Shown here: positions 47,644-57,900 of the stretch, piece after piece
Layout: the number at the start of each line of letters is the position of its first letter
Position numbering within the stretch: position 1 is the first letter of the stretch
Source of the DNA: a candidate division FCPU426 bacterium
GTDB taxonomy: Bacteria > Oederibacteriota > PGYV01 > Palsa-1178
Reading direction: 5' to 3'
Assembly (NCBI GenBank): GCA_963840035.1
Contig: CAWIXE010000002.1
Span: forward strand, 320,001-384,000
DNA: 64,000 nt
Notes under the pieces: generated by a model
What the model was told of the DNA's origin: nothing
The model's database searches: none
What the model saw: the letters and a program-made list of their open reading frames with translations, nothing else
Program-made: the position numbers and the translations under genes

Positions 47644-48731
47644 TGAGACAGTATAAAATAGCCGTGGCCGCGCTGTTTGCGCTTTTACTTATGTCGGCAT
47701 GCACCCAGATGAAAGAGGCAGGCGGTGATACGGCCGAGCATATTTTTAACATGGCAAATGAGGCCATCGCGCGCGGGGATGAAGCCGTAGCCATAGATTT
47801 GTTTTACAAACTTAATCAGGATTACGGGGCTTTTAAGAAGTACCGTGCGGATGTGTTATACAGGCTGGGTACGCTTTTATACAAGACTGAGCGTTACGAT
47901 GAATCCGAGAAAGTGCTATCCATGTTTGTTTCCAAGTTCCAGCAGGATGCGAGGCTGAAAAAAGCCTACGAAATGCTCCTTTACATTTATATGCAGGAGA
48001 CACATGACGAAGCTAAGGCTCAGAAAGTCCGCGACCAGTATGCCGGGAAATTTGGCAATAACCCCACATTAAAGCAGATAGACAAGACCATGACAGTACT
48101 CTCGGGCGAGACGCAGGAAGCTTCAGCCCTGCTGGCGCTTGACGCGGTAAACATCGGCATCATCGGTTCTGCCGCGGTTAACGGTTATGACAGGGAATTC
48201 TACCCGGTCAGGAATTATATACTTAAAAGCGTCAGGTCGCCGGACGGCAAATTCACGGTTGAAAAAAAGAAAAAGGCCGGCAATTATTATCTGTATATAG
48301 ACCAGCTGCCTGCCAAAGGCCAGCCCATACGCATCGATAAAAGTTCAGGCGGATACGCGCCGCAGTGGTCGTGGGATTCAAAATATGTGGTTTTCACATC
48401 CATGGACTGGGCGACTGACGAGCGCAGGGTCAGAATATATGACGTCAAAAAGAAAGTGGCCAGGGACCTCTTCAGCGCGCCGGGGCTTGAGCCGCTGCTT
48501 TGCATCTCGCCGGATTCTTCAAAGATAATTTTTACATATAACGGAAAGCTGTGGATTATGAACAGCAACGGCAACGGAGTATCGCTGCTTTCAAAGTCGA
48601 TGTCCGCTAAAAAAATGTGGATGATTGCCTGGGCAAGGGAAGGCGGCAGGATTATTTATTCAAATAAATCCGATAAGTCGCTTTATTATGAGTGCAGGCT
48701 TGGACGCAGGGAAATAGAGGCTATAAAATAA
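47640..48731 (+). CDS. Lipoprotein with TPR region and TolB/PD40-like beta-propeller
   Basis: Lipobox MSAC; BamD-like TPR helices; SPDG, PQWSWDS, SPDSSKI and AWAREG repeats. Confidence 0.75.
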   Translation: MMRQYKIAVAALFALLLMSACTQMKEAGGDTAEHIFNMANEAIARGDEAVAIDLFYKLNQDYGAFKKYRADVLYRLGTLLYKTERYDESEKVLSMFVSKFQQDARLKKAYEMLLYIYMQETHDEAKAQKVRDQYAGKFGNNPTLKQIDKTMTVLSGETQEASALLALDAVNIGIIGSAAVNGYDREFYPVRNYILKSVRSPDGKFTVEKKKKAGNYYLYIDQLPAKGQPIRIDKSSGGYAPQWSWDSKYVVFTSMDWATDERRVRIYDVKKKVARDLFSAPGLEPLLCISPDSSKIIFTYNGKLWIMNSNGNGVSLLSKSMSAKKMWMIAWAREGGRIIYSNKSDKSLYYECRLGRREIEAIK

Positions 48732-48832
48732 GGATGTTTTTATACGGCCGGATTATGATTCCGGCGCGTCTAATAGGCAGCGGGAAAACTAAGCCTTAAC
48801 CCGAGGTATTACATCACAACACGGAGGTTTTT

Positions 48833-50686
48833 ATGAAAAAGATATTTGGATTAATGCTGGCCATGCTGGCGCTTGTAACACTGAATCCCGGTGTGTTTGC
48901 GTCTGTCGATGAGTATTCCAAAGCCGTCCAGCTGGACGGGAATAACGTGGTTGCCAGGTTTAATCTGGGGTTGGCGTACTATCAGGAGCAGAAATATGAT
49001 GACGCGGTAGAGCCTCTGCGCAAGTCGCTTGAAATAAACAGGGAAGACAAGTCCAGCCACGCGAAAGTTGATTTTCAGGCGGCGCAGCTGCTGGGAATAA
49101 TATTTTTTGAAAAGAACAATATTGATGAGGCCATAAACTTTTTTAAAAAAGCGGGGGAGATAAATCCTGCGGAAGGAAATAATTACTACTATATGGGGCT
49201 TGCCTATAAAAAATCCGGCAGAACGGATGACGCACTGAAATCATTCATTAAGGCCCTTGAAAACGGGGCGGACGATACCGCGGAGAATAATTTCCGTATA
49301 GGGCAGATATACTATGAAAAAAAGGAATATGGCAGCGCGATCGAATACTTTGAGAAAGTTACCGCGAAAAAACCTGACTTCGCCGACGCCAGGGAATACC
49401 TGGGCGATATATACGACAGGCGGGGTATGGCTGATAAGGCCGTGGAAAATTACACGCGCGTTGTCAGGGTCAACCCGGATAATATCCACGCGCAGTACCA
49501 GCTGGGGCTGAATTATTTCAAACAGAAAGAATATGACAAGATGATCGCGGCGTATAAAAAAACCATAAGCATAGACCCGAATTTCGCGGACGCCCATTAT
49601 AACCTGGGCATGGCATATTATTACAGAAACATGTATGAGGACGCCATTGCCGAGTTCCAGACGGCCATTAAACTTAACCCGAACGACGCTTCCTCTTACT
49701 CGCTTCTCGCGCAGACAAAGACCACGGCTTATGAGTTTCATAAGAATAAAGGGTCCACATTTTTAACGGAAGAAGATTATTTGCAGGCAAGGGATGAATT
49801 TCAGATGGCCCTCAATGTAAAACCGGGGGATTCCGACACACAGAAGTTCCTTGACAGGACAAATGAGTCGATAAGGTCGCTGATACCGGTGAAGCTTAAG
49901 GCGGCAAAAGACAACTTTGAGTCAAAAGATTACAGCAACGCGTACAATAACTGGGATTTTGTGCTTAAGGCCCAGCCGGATAACGGCGAGGCAAAAGAAG
50001 GGATGAGTAAAATTGAAAAGAATCTGTCGGAGTTGATAGCGGCAAGGGCTGAAAAAGCCGAGAAATTCGCATCTGAGGGCAAGCTTGCCGAATCAGTGGC
50101 GGAGTACGCTGATATTTTAAAGTTAGCCCCCAAGTCAAAGCAGGCGGCCTTAACCGCAAGAATGTCCGCTTTAATGACGAAGCTGCGCACGAAGGTAACC
50201 GCGCTGCTGACGGACGCGGACGCGGCATACGCGAAAAAATCCTACGCCAAGGCCTTAAACAAATATACTGAAATACTCCGTTACGAAGCAAATAACAGCC
50301 GGGCATTAAACGGCATTACTAAAGTAAACGCAAAAATTGACGCGGATAAGGAAAAGTACCTGGCTATAGCCAAGCAGAACAAGGCAAGCAACAGCGCAAA
50401 AGCCGTGGAGTATTATAAAAAGGTTGTACAGATGGACCCGAACAACGAAGAGGCGAACAAGGCCATCGTGAACATAACGGGAAAGCAGTCTTCCGTGTCG
50501 CTGGACGCGCAGAAGATAAAGTCCCTTTACTATGAGGGCGTGGACAAATATGTCAACGGCGAGGTAGAAACGGCGATTAAGGTTTGGAAAAAAGTCCTTG
50601 AAATGGACCCGAACCACGTGGAAGCAAGGAAGAACATTAAAAGGGCCGAAGAAAAACTATTGGCAATCAAAAGCCTGAGCAGGTGA
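48833..50686 (+). CDS. Exported multi-TPR protein
   Basis: Signal peptide; many TPRs (AHYNLGMAYY, AQYQLGLNY); GGAGG RBS. Confidence 0.88.
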   Translation: MKKIFGLMLAMLALVTLNPGVFASVDEYSKAVQLDGNNVVARFNLGLAYYQEQKYDDAVEPLRKSLEINREDKSSHAKVDFQAAQLLGIIFFEKNNIDEAINFFKKAGEINPAEGNNYYYMGLAYKKSGRTDDALKSFIKALENGADDTAENNFRIGQIYYEKKEYGSAIEYFEKVTAKKPDFADAREYLGDIYDRRGMADKAVENYTRVVRVNPDNIHAQYQLGLNYFKQKEYDKMIAAYKKTISIDPNFADAHYNLGMAYYYRNMYEDAIAEFQTAIKLNPNDASSYSLLAQTKTTAYEFHKNKGSTFLTEEDYLQARDEFQMALNVKPGDSDTQKFLDRTNESIRSLIPVKLKAAKDNFESKDYSNAYNNWDFVLKAQPDNGEAKEGMSKIEKNLSELIAARAEKAEKFASEGKLAESVAEYADILKLAPKSKQAALTARMSALMTKLRTKVTALLTDADAAYAKKSYAKALNKYTEILRYEANNSRALNGITKVNAKIDADKEKYLAIAKQNKASNSAKAVEYYKKVVQMDPNNEEANKAIVNITGKQSSVSLDAQKIKSLYYEGVDKYVNGEVETAIKVWKKVLEMDPNHVEARKNIKRAEEKLLAIKSLSR

Positions 50687-50689
50687 CGG

Positions 50690-51706
50690 ATGAAAGTAAC
50701 TATTTATGATGTGGCAAAAAAAGCCGGGGTTTCCATATCTACGGCTTCAAAAGCGTTAAATGACAGGAAAGACGTGGGTGATGCCACGAAAGACAGGATA
50801 CGTATTATCGCTAAGGAACTAAGCTATGAGCCTTCGCATTTCGCGCGGGCCCTGGCCATGCGTAAGACCGGAAATATTGGCGTTATTTCAGTGAGGTATT
50901 ACCAGGCTCCGGTTATAACAAACCCTTTTTATTCAAAGATAATTGAAGGCATAGAAGAACAGCTGGTTAACGCGAACTTAAATCTGGTTACAAATGTCTT
51001 AAGGAAAGACCAGGTTGAGGCGCTTGAGCTGCCAAAGATGGTTAAGGATAAATCGGTTGACGGAATGATCCTTCTGGGACACATGCCGGAGAATTTTGTG
51101 AAAATGGTAATGGACAAATCACTGCCGGCCGTGATGGTGGATAATTTCATAAAGGGCGCGCCGGTAAGCTCCATGATAATTGATAATTTTGACGGCGCGT
51201 ATAAGGCTGTGACATACCTTCTGGAGACGGGCCATAAAAGGATAGCTTACCTTTCAGGGCCGCGTGAACGTTACAGCTTCAGCCAGAGGGCTGAAGGTTA
51301 CAGGAAGGCGCTTACGGACAAAGGCGTGAAAGTGGATGAGAAACTCATGGTGTTTGACGACGCCGAGAGCGAAGGGTACGCCTGGATGAGAACCGTCATG
51401 GAAGGGCCGAACAGGCCCGATGCGATATTCGCGTGCAATGACGTTAACGCCATCCTGGCCATCAATATGCTGAAGGAAAAAGGCTTAAGGGTTCCCGAAG
51501 ATGTAAGCGTGATTGGATTTGACAATCTGGAGCTGACGGAGCATTTTATTCCGTCCATTTCCACAGTTGATATTAATAAAGAGGCCATGGGCATAAAATC
51601 CGCGGACCTTCTTATAGATATAATTAATACCAAGAAAAACAGGATCGAAAATGTGGTTTTTCCCACAAGCCTTGTAATCAGGAATTCCGTGGCAAAACGG
51701 TCCTGA
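50690..51706 (+). CDS. LacI-family transcriptional regulator
   Basis: TIYDVAKKAGVSISTAS HTH; RVPEDVSVIGFDN. Confidence 0.95.
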   Translation: MKVTIYDVAKKAGVSISTASKALNDRKDVGDATKDRIRIIAKELSYEPSHFARALAMRKTGNIGVISVRYYQAPVITNPFYSKIIEGIEEQLVNANLNLVTNVLRKDQVEALELPKMVKDKSVDGMILLGHMPENFVKMVMDKSLPAVMVDNFIKGAPVSSMIIDNFDGAYKAVTYLLETGHKRIAYLSGPRERYSFSQRAEGYRKALTDKGVKVDEKLMVFDDAESEGYAWMRTVMEGPNRPDAIFACNDVNAILAINMLKEKGLRVPEDVSVIGFDNLELTEHFIPSISTVDINKEAMGIKSADLLIDIINTKKNRIENVVFPTSLVIRNSVAKRS

Positions 51707-51751
51707 TAAACCAATTTTATGAGCCGGCGTATGCCGGCAACCCGAGGAAAT

Positions 51752-52975
51752 ATGAAAATTAAAAACCAGGAATTAACAGTATGCCTGCTTTTTTTGTATG
51801 CTGTATCATGCATAGCTTCAATTACAATCGGCGAGATATTTTTTATTGCGGCGCTAATATCATGGGTTTACGGCGCGGTTGCGCGTAAGTCCGGTTTTGG
51901 CGGGTTTTTTACCTCCCCGCTGGCTTTTCCAATGGGCGTATTTGCGTTGTTACACCTGGTGTCGGCTGTTTTTGGAGTGGACGCCATAAATGGCATTAAG
52001 GATTTCAGGAAAATTTACCTGCTGCTCATGTTCTTCCTTGCAATGAACGCGATTGCCTCTGAGGAAGGAATAAAAAAATGCGCCGGCCTGTTCTCGGCAG
52101 GCAGCGGGCTTATAGGGCTGTATGCGATAACAAATACGGTAATTCACCGGTATTTAAATCATGAACAAAACTTCAGGGCTTCCTCGTTTTCAGGGACATA
52201 CATGATGGCCGGAGGAATGCTCATGATGGGCGTAATTGTCACGGCGGGCATCCTGGCGTACCTTTTCATTAATGAAAGGAAAAAAATGGGCCTGATCGCT
52301 ATTTTTTCAGCCATGTTTGTACTTGCTGCGGGCGGGCTTATATTTACATTCACGCGGGGTTCGTGGATAGCGGCATTTGCCGGTATTGTAATAATAGCCG
52401 CTGTTGCCGATAAAAGGATTGTGGCAGTATTTATCATCGCGCTCTTTGCGGCCGGGTTCCTTGCGAGGGATACTGATGTCGCCAAACGCGTTTTAAATAC
52501 CTTCCAGATGAAAGGCAGGACCTCGGAAATGGAGCGGGTACACATGTGGAAGGCTGGGTTGAATATAATTAAGGACCATCCGGTCATAGGTATCGGCACC
52601 GGAAACCTTGAAAAGGTTTACCCGAAATACAGGATGCCTGAAGCTGTTGAATCAAACGCGGGGCATCTGCATAACAATCTTATACAGGTGGCTGTAATCG
52701 ACGGCCTGCCCGGGCTTGCCGCGTACCTTTGGATATTCGCCGCTTTCTGGATAAGCCTTTACAAAGCTTTTCAAAAAGAGGATAATAAATTATTAAAGTC
52801 GGCTATTATTACGGGTTTTTCCGTAAATATAGCCTTCTTTTTGAACGGCTTTTTTGAATATAACCTGTTTTCATCGCAGGTTGCCCTGATTTTCTGGTTC
52901 CTGATGGGCATAACTTACGCTGCTATAAGGATGAAGAGGGTTGAGAAGGCAGAAAAACCAGAAAAGGCAGTTTGA
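51752..52975 (+). CDS. O-antigen ligase family protein (WaaL/Wzy_C)
   Basis: Polytopic; TFTRGSW, ER..MW..G..IIKDHPVIGIGTGN, HLHNNLIQ; start taken at ATG 51752. Confidence 0.85.
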   Translation: MKIKNQELTVCLLFLYAVSCIASITIGEIFFIAALISWVYGAVARKSGFGGFFTSPLAFPMGVFALLHLVSAVFGVDAINGIKDFRKIYLLLMFFLAMNAIASEEGIKKCAGLFSAGSGLIGLYAITNTVIHRYLNHEQNFRASSFSGTYMMAGGMLMMGVIVTAGILAYLFINERKKMGLIAIFSAMFVLAAGGLIFTFTRGSWIAAFAGIVIIAAVADKRIVAVFIIALFAAGFLARDTDVAKRVLNTFQMKGRTSEMERVHMWKAGLNIIKDHPVIGIGTGNLEKVYPKYRMPEAVESNAGHLHNNLIQVAVIDGLPGLAAYLWIFAAFWISLYKAFQKEDNKLLKSAIITGFSVNIAFFLNGFFEYNLFSSQVALIFWFLMGITYAAIRMKRVEKAEKPEKAV

Positions 52976-53049
52976 AGCTTTAAGTTTTAAGATGACTGAG
53001 GGTTTTGTATATCTTAAAACTTCAAACTAAAAACTAAAAACTAAAAACT
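52969..53049. repeat. Heptamer-unit inverted repeat (AGTTTTA / TAAAACT type)
   Basis: AGTTTGA AGCTTTA AGTTTTA AGAT ... ATCT TAAAACT TCAAACT AAAAACT AAAAACT AAAAACT. Confidence 0.72.
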
Positions 53050-53075
53050 GGACATCTCGGTTTTCAAAGGCATAT

Positions 53076-54175
53076 ATGAAAAAAGTGGACCTATCCCAGG
53101 TAAAGAGGGTACTTATAATCAGGCACAAAGCCATTGGTGATATTATACTTGTCACTCCCTTTATCAGGGCCATTAAAAAAGCCCTCCCGGACGCTGAAAT
53201 TGACATGCTGGTGGAGCCCATGGGAATAGAAATACTTAAGGGCAATCCGTACCTTGCCAATGTCGTTGTTTACGAAAAAAACAGATTGAAAAAAGCCAAT
53301 CCTTTTGTGAAAATAGTAGAAACAGTGCGTTTTTATATGAAGCTGTTTGGGCGCAGATATGACCTTGTATTTGACCTCTGGGGCAACCTGCGGACAGCCC
53401 TTATGAGTTTTTTGACAGGCGCGAAATACAGGGTGGGATTTCATTTCCGCATCAGGAAATACCTGTATAACATTATAGTTGTCCCGGACGAGCCCCCGAA
53501 ATACAACGCATATTTTCACATGGACCAGCTTAAGGCCCTTGGGATACCGGATGACGGCGAGAAAGCGGATTTTTACATTTTTCCCGGAGATATTGCTTTC
53601 GCTGATGATTTCTACAGGGGCATCGGAGTAAAGGCGGGGGACACGGTATTCGGTTTAAACGGCGCGGGCACATGGAAGACAAAGCGCTGGCCGGAGCATA
53701 AATTCGCGGAACTCGCGGATATTCTCATTAAAAAACACAGCGGGTGTAAAATAGTCATCATATGGGGGCCGTCAGAAAAACCAATGGCCGAAAAGATATA
53801 CTCCATGATTAAAGGAGACAGGTCCGGGGTGTTTTTAACTCCGCCGACTACCTTAAAACAGCTGGGAGCGGTTCAGAAAAGGATGGATGCGTTTATTTCA
53901 AATGACGGGCGCCCAACCACCTGGCAATCGCGCTTGACGTCCCTTCGGTTACGGTTTTTGGGCCGACAAATTACATATCCTGGGTGCCTGCCGGCAATAA
54001 ACGGCACCTGGAAGTTCACAGCGCGCTTGCCTGCGCGCCGTGCGATAAGATGCAGTGCCCCACGGAAACCGAATGCATGGAAGGTATCATGCCGGATGCA
54101 GTCTTTGACAGGGTCGGGCAATTACTGGAAAACATAAAATATGCTAAAATTCCGACTAAAAAAACGGAGGTGTAA
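53076..54175 (+). CDS. GT9 LPS heptosyltransferase-like protein, with a 1-nt frameshift near 53907
   Basis: IIRHKAIGDIIL, KTKRWP, ISNDG; adding one G at 53907-53909 restores NDGAPNHLAIALDVPSVTVFGPT and the C-terminal CAPC..C..C. Confidence 0.85.
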
Positions 54176-54176
54176 C

Positions 54177-54839
54177 ATGGTTGAAGTTGACATTGACAAG
54201 ATGCTCGCGAAAACTGAGGAGAAGGAAAAAAAGGAAAAGCAAAAGAAAGCGATCGTACTGTATTCCGCCATTGCCGCCGCTGTTGTCATAGCGGGTGCCA
54301 TAGCTTTTATCGCCACGGGAATAGTAATAGGCGACAAATCGGAAAGTTATTTCCCGCTGGAGCCGGGCAGGAAAATGATCTATAACCAGAAGGGCAAGAG
54401 CCCGGAAGAGTGGCAGATACAGGAAAAGTCTGAGAATGTTTACGGGTATGAATGTTCTGTTATGAATAAAATAGACAAAGGCAACCTGCTTTTAAAGCAG
54501 GAGTTTTATACTGTGGATGATAAACAGGGCATTGCCAGGCTCGCGTATTCTGAGAATTACGGCCAGAAAGTAAAAGATGTATTTAAAATACTGCCGTACA
54601 GGGTAAAGTCAGGCATGTCTTTTGACGCGGGTACAATAAAGGGCAATGTGATCAAGGCTGTCGTGCTTGATAAGGAAATAATGTCAACCCCGGTAGGCGA
54701 GATTGACGCATACAGGGTTGAATATAAGGCGCCGCCGTATTATGATACGACGGTATGGTATGCCAAAGGGGTCGGCGTTGTAAGGGAGATCAATAACAGG
54801 ACAGCAGAAGAAATAAGCCTGATCAGCGCCGGGGAATGA
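54177..54839 (+). CDS. Hypothetical membrane-anchored protein
   Basis: GGAGG RBS; one TM helix; YFPLEPG...TPVGEI...WYAKGVGVVRE pattern. Confidence 0.7.
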   Translation: MVEVDIDKMLAKTEEKEKKEKQKKAIVLYSAIAAAVVIAGAIAFIATGIVIGDKSESYFPLEPGRKMIYNQKGKSPEEWQIQEKSENVYGYECSVMNKIDKGNLLLKQEFYTVDDKQGIARLAYSENYGQKVKDVFKILPYRVKSGMSFDAGTIKGNVIKAVVLDKEIMSTPVGEIDAYRVEYKAPPYYDTTVWYAKGVGVVREINNRTAEEISLISAGE

Positions 54840-54963
54840 CAACCCGTTTAAAAGAGGGATGGATGGAAAATGTAAGGCGGGAAAAAGGAACCAGAGGATA
54901 TTTCGTCAGGCAGACCGCATGTTGCGGTGCGTGCCTTTATGCCATGTCACGGAAAAAAACCTA

Positions 54964-57900
54964 ATGAAAAAAATCCGCCGGTCACTCACTTTATCCTTTA
55001 TTGCGGTTATTTATACGATTATACTGCCGCTGTTATACGCGGAACCGGCAGTTGTTCCTGCAGTGACCGCGGAAGCCACCGCCGGTGTTACAGCCAATAC
55101 GACTCCGGCAGTGACCGCGGAAGCCACCGCCGGTGTAACAGCCAATACGCCTCCGGCAGTGACCGCGGAAGCCACCGCCGGTGTAACAGCCAATACGCCT
55201 CCGGCAGTGACCGCGGAAGCCACCGCCGGCGTAACAGCCAATACGCCTCCGGCAGTGACCGTACCTGTAATTGCCAACATGGTTGCGGTTGAAAAAGGGC
55301 CGGAAAACCTCAAGGCGCAGGTGTTTGGCATGAGGGTTAACCTGACATGGGAGCCGGTCCCAAAATCCGATTCGGCTGTAACATACACCATATACAGGGC
55401 AACCGGGCCGGACGAGGATTTTATCAGGGTTAATAAGGATGACATAATCACGAACGCTTTTGTCGACTCAAAGGAAACCAGCATCATTTCCTTGATGAGC
55501 GGGATTACTTATTTTTATAAAGTGGCTGCCATAATAAACGGAAGGGAATCCGCGGATTCGAACCTGGCTTCAGCCATACCCGAAGGAATTCTGGCGCCGC
55601 CGGATGAGGTCACGGCTGTTTCGAAAGTGTCCGCTATATTGTTAAAATGGGCTGAGCCTGAATCCTCAGGAAAGCTTGGCCTGTCCGGGTTTAATATTTT
55701 CCGGGCAACGGAAGGCGTCATGGAGAGGATAAATCAGGCCGTAGTAAACGCTTTTGAGTATCCGGACAACAATCTTACCAACGGTGTTAAATATTATTAT
55801 TCGGTCCAGTCCGTGGATTCCGCCGGAAATACTTCTGAGATGTCTTCGCCTGTCTTCGCGATGCCGTTTTCCATAATATCGGAACCGGCAAACGTTTCTT
55901 TTACCGCAGCTTCGTCCGAATCAATAAGGGTCATGTGGGAATCGCCGTCAAACCAGGGGACTTTCGGGATTGCCGGTTACAACATATACAGAAGCACGGT
56001 GCCGGGATATTTTCCCGATAAGCCTTTAAACATAAAACTTTGGAAGGAAATAAAAGGCGAGGATGGCAGGGTTTTTTATCACGACAATGTGGTAAACAGC
56101 GAGAATCCGCCGGCGCCGGGTTTTAATTATTTTTACAAAGTTACCGCTATGGACTCGGCAGGCAACACTGGCGCGTCGAGCGCGGTTGCGTCATTTACCA
56201 TTCCCGTGCTTGAAATTAAACAGTCAGGCACCCTTTCGCAGGACATATCAGAATACGGGCTGCCGCCTGATTCCAGGCTGACACTGGCAGGAAAAAAATC
56301 ACTGGGTATGAGCTATGAATACTTCTGGTATAACAATCCGGAAAACAAGTCGGCCCCCGGGAAATTTGATATCACCCAGAAGCTGAAACTAAAACTCAAC
56401 GGCAACATCGGCAAAAGGATAAATGTTGACGTCAACTATGACGAAGAACTTGCCATGCAGACGGATGAATACACCAAAATAGCCATAAGCTATGCGGGCG
56501 AAAAGGAAGAGGCCCTTCAGGAAGTTTCTTTCGGAGACATGTCCCTGGATTTCCCGGCCACCAGGTATGTCAGTTATTCGCAGACGCTCTTTGGCATAAA
56601 GGGAAAAGTTAAGATCGGTGACAAACTGTCGATCACTGGGATCGGCGCGCAGATAAAAGGCATAACTGAAATCCAGAGTTTTAAGGGAAACATGCGCGAA
56701 AAGGAAGTAAATGGCAAGCGCGGGGTGGATATTTCAGACGTGTCATACAGCCCAAGGGTCTATTATTATATAACAAAGGAACCCGGCGTCAGGATAAGGC
56801 CGGGTTCACTTGTGATATACACGGATGACCAGAATGCCAATACTTTTGACGGGAATACCGTAAAAATGCCGAATAACGGGGGCGATTTTGACCCGAAATA
56901 TTCAGGTATTGATTATATCGTTGATTATGAGGAACGTGTCGTGAAATTCAATATAGCAATCTCCTCAAGCACTGTGATTGCCGCCGGATACATCCAGGAA
57001 GACGGCACTTACGTCGGGTTAAACCCCGACGGGTCATTTGATTTTGTAAACGGCCTTACTTCCGAGTCGCGTGGCTATACAAATTCTTCGGCGCACCTTC
57101 TGCAAAATGGCGTAAGCGCGAGCAATAATCTTGGGGATTTGTCCCACATGGTAGTCAGCTATTATTATATGAGTGATCCGCTTATATACAACCCGAAGCT
57201 TGACCCTGATTTTGTCATCAGGATAGAATCCATTGACGGGTCGAAAATAATCAACATACTCCGGCCGCAGGACCCCGGCGTGGAAGACCAGTATGAAATT
57301 GACACGGACTTCGGAATACTGAAATTCAAGAGCCCGTTCCCGTTTGCCGCCGGACAGCCCGTGGTAACACCGCCTTATTACAACACAAACGGCAATGAGG
57401 CGGATTGTTATAACGTCCTGGACGCGAACAGGCGTTCCAATTACAGGATACATCTGGAATATAAATACTATGTTTCGTCATATAGGCTTGACCATTCGCC
57501 GGTTGTTTTCGGGAGTGAAAGGGTTGAACTAAACGGCGCAATCCTGAAAAAAGATGTGGATTATTTTATCGCGTATGAGACTGGCGATATAAGTTTTTCG
57601 GAGAACAGGAAGAAAGAAATTACATCAAGCTCTGATGTGCGCATTATTTATGAATATTTCCCGTATATGCAGTCCTTTTCATCGAACTTAATAGGCGGAA
57701 GGGTAGATTACCAGCTGCTTGACAACCTCAAGCTGGGTTTAACAGGGTTATATAAGGCTGTGAATGCCGGCTCAACCCTGCCTGACGCGCGTTCCACCGA
57801 GACTTCGCTTGCCACACCGTATAGTTCCATGGTCTTTGACGGGGACATAAAGTTCAATGTAAACAAGGAAACTATGAGCGCTATCATTAATTCGCTTCCC

